Assembly (NCBI GenBank): GCA_004022145.1
Contig: RCNU01000025.1
DNA length: 40,125 nucleotides
Strand: one strand, 5' to 3'
Source: Paecilomyces variotii
Lineage: Eukaryota
Shown: positions 32,750-40,125 of the stretch, in pieces
Position numbering within the stretch: the first letter of the stretch is position 1
Layout of the letters: the number at the start of each line of letters is the position of its first letter
Program-made: the position numbers and the translations under genes
Notes under the pieces: generated by a model
What the model was told of the DNA's origin: nothing
Databases searched by the model: none
The model's input: the letters and a program-made list of their open reading frames with translations, nothing else

Positions 32750-35700
32750 TACACGTGATTTTGGAATTGGTACATATGTTTCTATTTTTTTTTATCCCAG
32801 AAAGCCTGCTATAATGTTGATTGAAATAGAGGATTATAAATAATAATCTCTAACAGGTTATAGTGTTACAAGGCACTGAGCGAATGATTTATGTTACTGT
32901 ATATACTTTGGACTATAACGAGCTCAGAAGCAAGAAGGTAAAAGCCAATTATCTATATAACTACTCTTACTTTAGAGACTATTATTTATAAGCAAGGCCC
33001 TTTATACTCTAATAAATTATAACTAAGTTAAATATAATTAAGGACCTATTAAATGCTAGCTGGACTTCTTATAATAATTTCCCTAAGAAATAATTAATAG
33101 TCCTATAAAATAAAAGCATTAGCTTATTTAAATCTGCTTCTTATATTATAACCTTAAATCAAGCAAGGCTATTAATAGGAAATTCTTTGTCTATAGGTCT
33201 TAATTTGCCAACACCGATTATTTATTATGCCTTAAAATAAATCATATAAAAAGGGCTTATTAAAAAGTGCAGTGCAGAAAAGAGACTCTTTTTAAAAAAG
33301 CCTTTAAATATTCTATATAATATAATGCTGATATTTAGCTTATTATATAGATAAAGAAGACTGGCCAGGTCTTTATTTTAACTTTAAATATAAAAGGGTG
33401 GCCGCTCTTTATAGAAGAGCTAGTATATTAACCTTATAGATACTTTATAATACCTATATATTGGCTATTGACCGAGTAAGGTTTTAAACTATCTATTACT
33501 AATCTAAAAAATAATAGATAAACTTACTAGATAATATAAGAAATAGGGTATCTTTGTTAATAAAACTAATATCTTTAGTTCAGATAATAGCGGCGTCTGA
33601 AGCATTATAAAGAACAGTAATATAGATACTGGCATTATAATTTCTGATATATAAGATTTAAAGTAGAAAGTGCGTGCGAGACTTATTAAGGGAGAATTTA
33701 TACCTTAGCAGAATATAGCAGATTATAATATAAATTTTTTCTTAGCCTATTATAATAGCTAGGCCAGATCTATAATAGATTATAATCTATAATTCCTTAG
33801 TAAACTTGTAGAGTTGTCTATATAGTGTAGGGCATATATATATACCAGGGCCTTAAGTCAATTGTATTAGGGGAATGTGTAGTATTTTAACTACTAAAGC
33901 CAGGTAAGCAAGCATAAGCCCTTAAGGATTCTTAGGAGGTTAATAGCTTCTAGGACTGCTATTAAGTCTCCTGGGAGTATGTTATTAAGGCCTTAGGAAT
34001 ATAGGTTACCTTTTTAGGAGCGATAAGTCTCCCAAGAATAGGAAGGCCTTTTGCCTAGGGTATGCTAACCTATGCTTAGAGTAATAAGGGCCCTCTTAGG
34101 TCATTAGGTAAATATCCCTACTATGCACGCTATACCCTTAGAACTATTTAATATAAGTGCTTTTTATATAGTTTGTTTTACCAGATATAGCAAAGATCTA
34201 CTAAAGATAGTCTTTCATTTAATGTTAGTAAATGTAGTCCATCAGTTGCGGATTTATAATGCCCTCTCAATAAATAATCGGCGCTAAGGTCTTAGCGGTA
34301 GGGCCAGGAAAGAGTAATTGTATACTGGTCAAGCCGATTTCGAGAATAACTATACTTTCCAGTTCGTGAACACAAACTCTATAATACACCACCTAGAAAG
34401 ATTAACATTTCCATATAGTTGCAATGCTTATTAGTGAGAAAAGGGCTAAAGCTCCTAAGTATCTACCGGCCTTTCTATTTATTTCTACTTTAAAAGGTCA
34501 GAGCATGTAATTAAAGCATAGGAGACTGCTCGTTAAATATAACTCTAGTATCTGAATAGATTAACTTCAGAAATATATAACCTCCCGACTTAAAATAGGT
34601 ATAGCACTAATTATATTTATAGTAAAATCTTCGCCACTTAGATTATAGAGTCTATATACTGGGCTAACTACCGGGAGAATTTAATAGATAAATTTTTAGA
34701 ATTTACTAAGGCTTTAAAGTTGGGGATTAATAGGATTCTGCCTTAATAAATTTAAACTAACAGAATTTTTTATAGTATGCAAGGGGTACCTTTAATAGCG
34801 CTTAATATTATTTCTTATATTCTTTAGTTAATAAGACTAGCTTAGCCTCTAGCTTTTTTAGATATTTAAGATGCCGTTTTTTTATTAGCCAAAGAGGCTT
34901 AAGTAGTTTTCCTTACTTAGGGGGCTCTTAGACTACTTTAAGGTCTCCCTAAAATAGCGTTATTTAATTATGCCTAGAGTTCTTCTAAAAAATAAATTAT
35001 AGATATAACTTTATAGTAATTTTTAAGAATCTCTAAGCTTTAATAATTGATAATTATCTTTAATAGTCTATTTCTTGCGCATAATAATTTGCTATGCTTA
35101 TATAGTTATAGCTTATTAAATAAAGTTCTCTATTACTATACTGCTTATTATAATAATACTATATATATATTATAATATTTTAGTTGCAAGCTAAACTATT
35201 ATAAGATTTTCCTTAAGAATATTAGCATCGGTAAGATTATTAGAGAATTTAGCCTTAATAGTATTTAGGCTATAGAAATGCTTTAAATACCTAATTATAT
35301 TTTTAAGACCAGTAAGATAATTATCTAGATAGCTCTCTTCGCTATAGAATAATAAACTTCTAGCTCCTAATTAACTCTTCTATCTTTATTATAAGTTAGA
35401 TATAGTTACTACAGTTAAATTTGGGTATAAGCGGGCTTTTATAAAAGAAATCTTTAGATCTTTTAAAGCGCTCTTCTTTCAGTTTATAATAAATTACCTA
35501 TAATTATATTTACTGCTTTAGATAGTATAATCTTCCTTAAAAATATTAAAGACTCTTATTATCTTAGGTTTATCTAGACTAATTATAAAGGGAGTGCTAC
35601 TAACTTAAAAAGAAGAATAAAATATAATCTCCTTAAGATAGTTAGGATAATTATTAGCGGCTAATATATTGTTATAATAGATATTAGGCGAAATAAATTA

Positions 35701-36250
35701 AGAAAGCTGGCTAATATCTAATGCTAAAGATATTATATTAAATCAAAAAGTATTAAAATAAATATTAAGAATATAACCTACTAAAGTCCTCTATCCTATA
35801 CTCTTCTTATAATATATTATTTTTTAGGCTGTAGTAAGCTGCTTTGTAAGTTTTTCCTAAGGTATTAAGCTGCTCTACTATAATAATAGTCTGGGTATTA
35901 GAGCTAACTGAAGAGTATTCTTATAATAAATTTAGTATTAGCTGCTAGAAGCTTTAATAATCTAGTATTATTATAATAAATAAGAGGATATTTTAATAGA
36001 GGAGAGTTAGAGTAGACAGGATATATAGAGAAAACTGTAAATAAGGTATCTATAGGGATATTTATATTTTAGGCCTTATTATCTCTTTACGCCCGTCCTA
36101 CTATAAAGTAAAACATTAGAAAATTAGGACAGCTTTTAGCTTTATAGTTAATACAATATAGTAATTAGACTATATATTTTATTAGTATAGCTCCTCAACC
36201 TTTTATTATAGCTAATTAAAAAGCTGTTTAATCTTATAATAGATTAATTG
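32750..36250 (-). pseudogene. RIP-degraded long coding sequence of unidentified family (AT-rich block; limits approximate)
   Basis: Strong TpA excess; a minus-strand frame can be followed by eye for ~2 kb (about 35560 to 33540) with mostly TAA/TAG stops; no motif recognised. Confidence 0.5.
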
Positions 36251-36794
36251 TAGGAAGTGTTCCCAGGAGTACTAGCATAATATAGACTATGTAATGGGCT
36301 TCTTGCTCGGAATTGTACTCGGGCTAATGGTTATGTCTCCACTTTGCGTAGCAGGGCGTATCGATGCAGTCGAGGCCTAAGGCAGGGCACGCGAGAATGT
36401 TTGCCCCATAGTATATGGTGGTCCTGGGATCAGGCCAGCCTCGGATTAAAAGTCGACAACCACGAGGGAATTCCTGTTAGGGTTTATACAATGGAAAGCG
36501 AAAAAGATCCTGCATTGTGAAAGACAGATTGAATGGTACAGCTAGAGATGATGAGATGTACGGATGTTCGATCTCACACAAGTTGAAGACCGGTTGAGTC
36601 TCCCAAGTGGAAGTTCGAAGACCGAGACGAACTATACCAACGTGAGAATACGTCATTTCCTGACCTTCGCTCCCAGGAACACGAGTAGGCAGCAGTGCGG
36701 TTATCGTCGGAGCATGTGAAAGAACGGAGAGGCAAGATGAGATCGAATGGGCCGGTCGGCCTGAGCATTGGGGTGAGCGATCAGGCTGCTCAAG

Positions 36795-36851
36795 GAGCAA
36801 GTCAGGGTCGCTCAGGGAGCAGCTCAGGGTCGCTCAGTGAGCAGCTCAGGG
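36795..36851 (+). repeat. 22-bp tandem repeat (GAGCAGCTCAGGGTCGCTCAG(G/T)), ~2.6 copies
   Basis: Units start at 36795, 36817, 36839. Confidence 0.8.
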
Positions 36852-36919
36852 CGGCGGGGTGACTAACTCACCCTGTGCTCCGGGAGCCGATCACTTCCCG
36901 AGGCGGCAGTTTTACCGTC

Positions 36920-39900
36920 ACCATTATTACTTATAAAATATATAAGAAGAAGCTATATTTTAAAGGTAAATATAGATATTATTATATATTTAAATATAAC
37001 TCTATAAATTACTATTACTTTAAGGATAAAATCTCTAATTAATAGCGCTTATTAAGGGATATTTAAACTCTATTAAATTAAAGAAAAAATTACCTTTAAT
37101 CTATAGAAATAAAATAATAAGAAAAAAGATTTTAATAGCTTTATAGGTATAGTAGTTTTAATAATACTTATTTTACTTATTAATTAAATAGTAAACTTAA
37201 GAGTATATAAGAATATATATAATAATAAGTTCTAGTTTATTAAATATAAAGACTTTATTAATAAAAAAGTAATAATATAAATATAATTATATAAATAATA
37301 TTTTAAATAAAAGTAAAGGTAAAAGTATTATTAAACTAAACCTAGAGCTTAATAATAATTATATAAATAATATCTTTATTTACGCTCTATATATATTAAA
37401 GTAAAAATACTATTTATTCTTTATAATTTAAAATAAAATATTATATAAAATATAGTATAACTCTTAAAATAATAAATTAATAAATATAGATATTAATTAA
37501 ATTATTAAATATATATATAAGAATAAAGATATCTTATAGCTTAAGCTTTATAGGTAAATAGCTATATTAATAATATTATTAAAACTTCTATATAAGAGAT
37601 TAAGGTATATTAAAGCTATAAAGCTTAAAGCTATTATTAAATTAAACTCTATAGCTATTTAGCTTATTAAAGATATAAACTTTTACTATAAAGTATATTA
37701 TATAATAAAGGTAAAGTAATTAGTATTTAAAGATCTTTAGCCTTATATATTATATTTAGTAAAATTCTTTTATATAAATACTTAGCCTATAAAGCTACTA
37801 AGAGTTTAAAAATATACTAATTATTTTATTATTATAAATAATACTATAAGAATATAATTTATTTATATATTAAAATTAAAAGATAAAGCTTTAAAATATA
37901 TAATTTCCTTTATTAAAGAGATTAAGAATATCTTATTAATAAGCTACTACTTATAATATTAAAAAATAAATAGTAATAGAGAATTCTTAAACTTTAAATT
38001 TTAGGCTAAAGTTAAAGAACTAAAGATTAAACTAATATCTCTATAAACTCTAGAGAATAATAGTACTTTAAAATATTATAAAAGATATTTTAACTTATTA
38101 GTATATATAATAATAATAGCTTTAAAACTTCTAGAAAATCTCTAGCTATTTATAATTAAGACTATTACTTATATTATAAATAAATTATTATAAAAAAATA
38201 AGATTAAATCTCTTATTATAAAATAAAGAAGATATTTTAATATATTAAATAAAAACCCTTCTTTAAAATATTTATAAGTTTAAGGCTATTAAGTATATTT
38301 CTATATATTTAAAGAAGATAAGAAATAGGAATTTAAAATAATATCTTATACTTAAGTTAATTACTTAATTAAATATAAAAGAGATAATAATTATATTTAT
38401 AAGATTTAAACCCTTAAAATAAGTAAGATTAAATACTTTAAAGATATTATATTCTTTAAAAATCCTAATAATCTATTAACTCCTATAATTATAAAAAATC
38501 CTATATTAAAGAGTTTAGCTATAATTAAGTATAACTATAAAGATATAGGAAGTAAGAATATTAATTACTTTAAACTAGGGGAATATTACTATTAAATAGC
38601 TATTAAAGCAATTTAATACTACTATTATTAAATAAGTAATATAATTATAATAAAGCTATATCTATAATAAAATACTTCTCTTTCTTTAAATAAAGATAGC
38701 GTCTGCGTTAATAGTAAAATACTACTAAATATAAATACTAAAATAATTAAATATATTTATCTTATTCTTCTAATATAAAAGTATTATCTCTTAATATACT
38801 TAAAGTATTAGCTTAAGTAATATCTGCTAGCTAGCAGGTTATATTATTACCTTAATTATTCTTAAATATTATTTATTTTTATTTAATTTAATTCTGCTTT
38901 TATTTCTAATATTCTTAGTTAAATATAATCTTTTAAACTTAGAGTATATAGATATAGTCTTAGTATAACTTTTATACTAGATTTAATAAGCTATTATAAA
39001 AATAATAAGTTAAGAAAAAGATAATATTATTATACTTAATAAATTAATAATTTTTATCTATTAAGTAATATAGCTAATTCTTCTGCTATTAAGTAAATCC
39101 TAGGAGTATTATAATATATAGTAATACTAATAATTCTTATTAATATAGCTATTTACTCTTATTAAAATATTTTTCCTTAGCTTTATTAATAAGAATTCTT
39201 ATTACTACTATAAGTAATTCTTAAGGCTTTATTAAAGTAAAGTATTTAAGTACTAGTTTATAAACTTAAGTTATAAATATAAAAATAAAATATAGTTATA
39301 ACTATAAGAATACCTAATATTATTCTAATTAAATAATATTACTATAGTAATTTCTTAAGATATTAAAGATAATTAAGTCTTCTTATTTTTTTAATATAAG
39401 ATTACTATATATTTCTTTATCTATTATTTTCTCTAACTATAGTTTTAATATAGCTATAGTTAAGTTAATTACTTTATTATTAATAAAGTAATTATTATTA
39501 TAAATATTATTAATTACTTTATTATTAAAAGAGTAAATCTTATTAAAGATATTTAAAGGTAAAAGTAAAGCTAATATCTTTATAGCTACTTTATTTATTT
39601 CTTTATTATTACTTATCTCTTTATTATTACTTATCTCTTTATTATTATTAATTTCTTTATTATTACTTATTTTATTATTAGCATAATAAATATTATTATA
39701 GCTATTATTAGTACTAATATTAAGTTTTTCTATTATTATAATATAATAATATTCTTTTTTAAAGATATATTAATAATATACTTTAATTTATTAATAAAAT
39801 TCTAAAATATTATTTAACTATATTAATATTATTATAATAGCGCGTATTAAGTATATTAATACTAAGTATTTTATTAAGTTTAAGAACTATTATTTTTACT

Positions 39901-40125
39901 TAGCCTTATAATTTTATAATATTTCTCTTACTTAAATATTATAATAAAGTTTTAATCTTTTTTATAGAGTAAGTTATTTTACTAGCTATATATTTAATTA
40001 TATAATTATAATATAGCCTTTATCCTTATTATTAAGTATAAAGATATTTATTAATATATTAATATTTAATAATAATATAGAATAAGTAGTAGTTTATATT
40101 AAATAAGAGAAGTTAAGCTAATACT
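36920..40125 (+). mobile_element. Heavily RIP-mutated Ty1/Copia retrotransposon (integrase region ~37550-38450); sequence after ~39000 may be a different nested element
   Basis: Degraded motifs in Copia order: KLLYKRLRYI (LWHxRLGH), YFIIINNTIRI*FIYILKLKDKA (IVDDxTR.W.Y.LK.K), INSNREF (DGGGEF), LENL*LFIIKTITYIINKL (LPxxLW..A..TAAY..NR), LKYL*V*GY (LxHLRVWGC); extremely AT-rich. Confidence 0.8.
39601..39672. repeat. 18-bp tandem repeat CTTTATTATTACTTATCT, 4 imperfect copies, inside RIP-damaged DNA
   Basis: Units at 39601, 39619, 39637, 39655. Confidence 0.7.

Noticed and set aside
32750-36250. RIP block as a Starship captain (DUF3435) or DUF3723 gene
   Set aside because: No tyrosine-recombinase or DUF3723 motif could be recognised in the degraded frame.

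Overview
Filamentous-ascomycete (probably Eurotiomycete) accessory DNA: GT-AG introns, RIP-type C>T/G>A damage, a mix of intact and decayed cargo-like genes, and transposons. Mobile elements: an intact Fot1/pogo transposon (2071-3944; 43-bp TIRs, TA target duplication), a full-length RIP-damaged Tad1-like LINE with a 14-bp TSD (4478-11034), two further truncated LINE relatives, and a heavily RIP-damaged Ty1/Copia element at the right end. Genes: an intronless bacterial-type organomercurial lyase (merB), a TDT/SLAC1 transporter with a RIP-type stop, a GPR1/FUN34/YaaH channel, an Ada-like Zn/AraC regulator, a Zn-finger-APH kinase-like protein, a RING-H2 protein, several pseudogenes (NUDIX, Myb/SANT, RecQ-like, FSH1, Zn2Cys6, MFS) and two convergent small paralogues starting MCC. 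The most unusual signal is a ~35-45 bp non-coding element (core GTCACTTCTATCACAACTTT) present six times, all intergenic. It brackets merB as direct repeats and lies upstream of both MCC paralogues in the same relative orientation, and upstream of the ada-like gene. The gene content suggests Starship-like cargo, but no captain recombinase or element boundary is visible. All family calls are from recognised motifs, not database searches.
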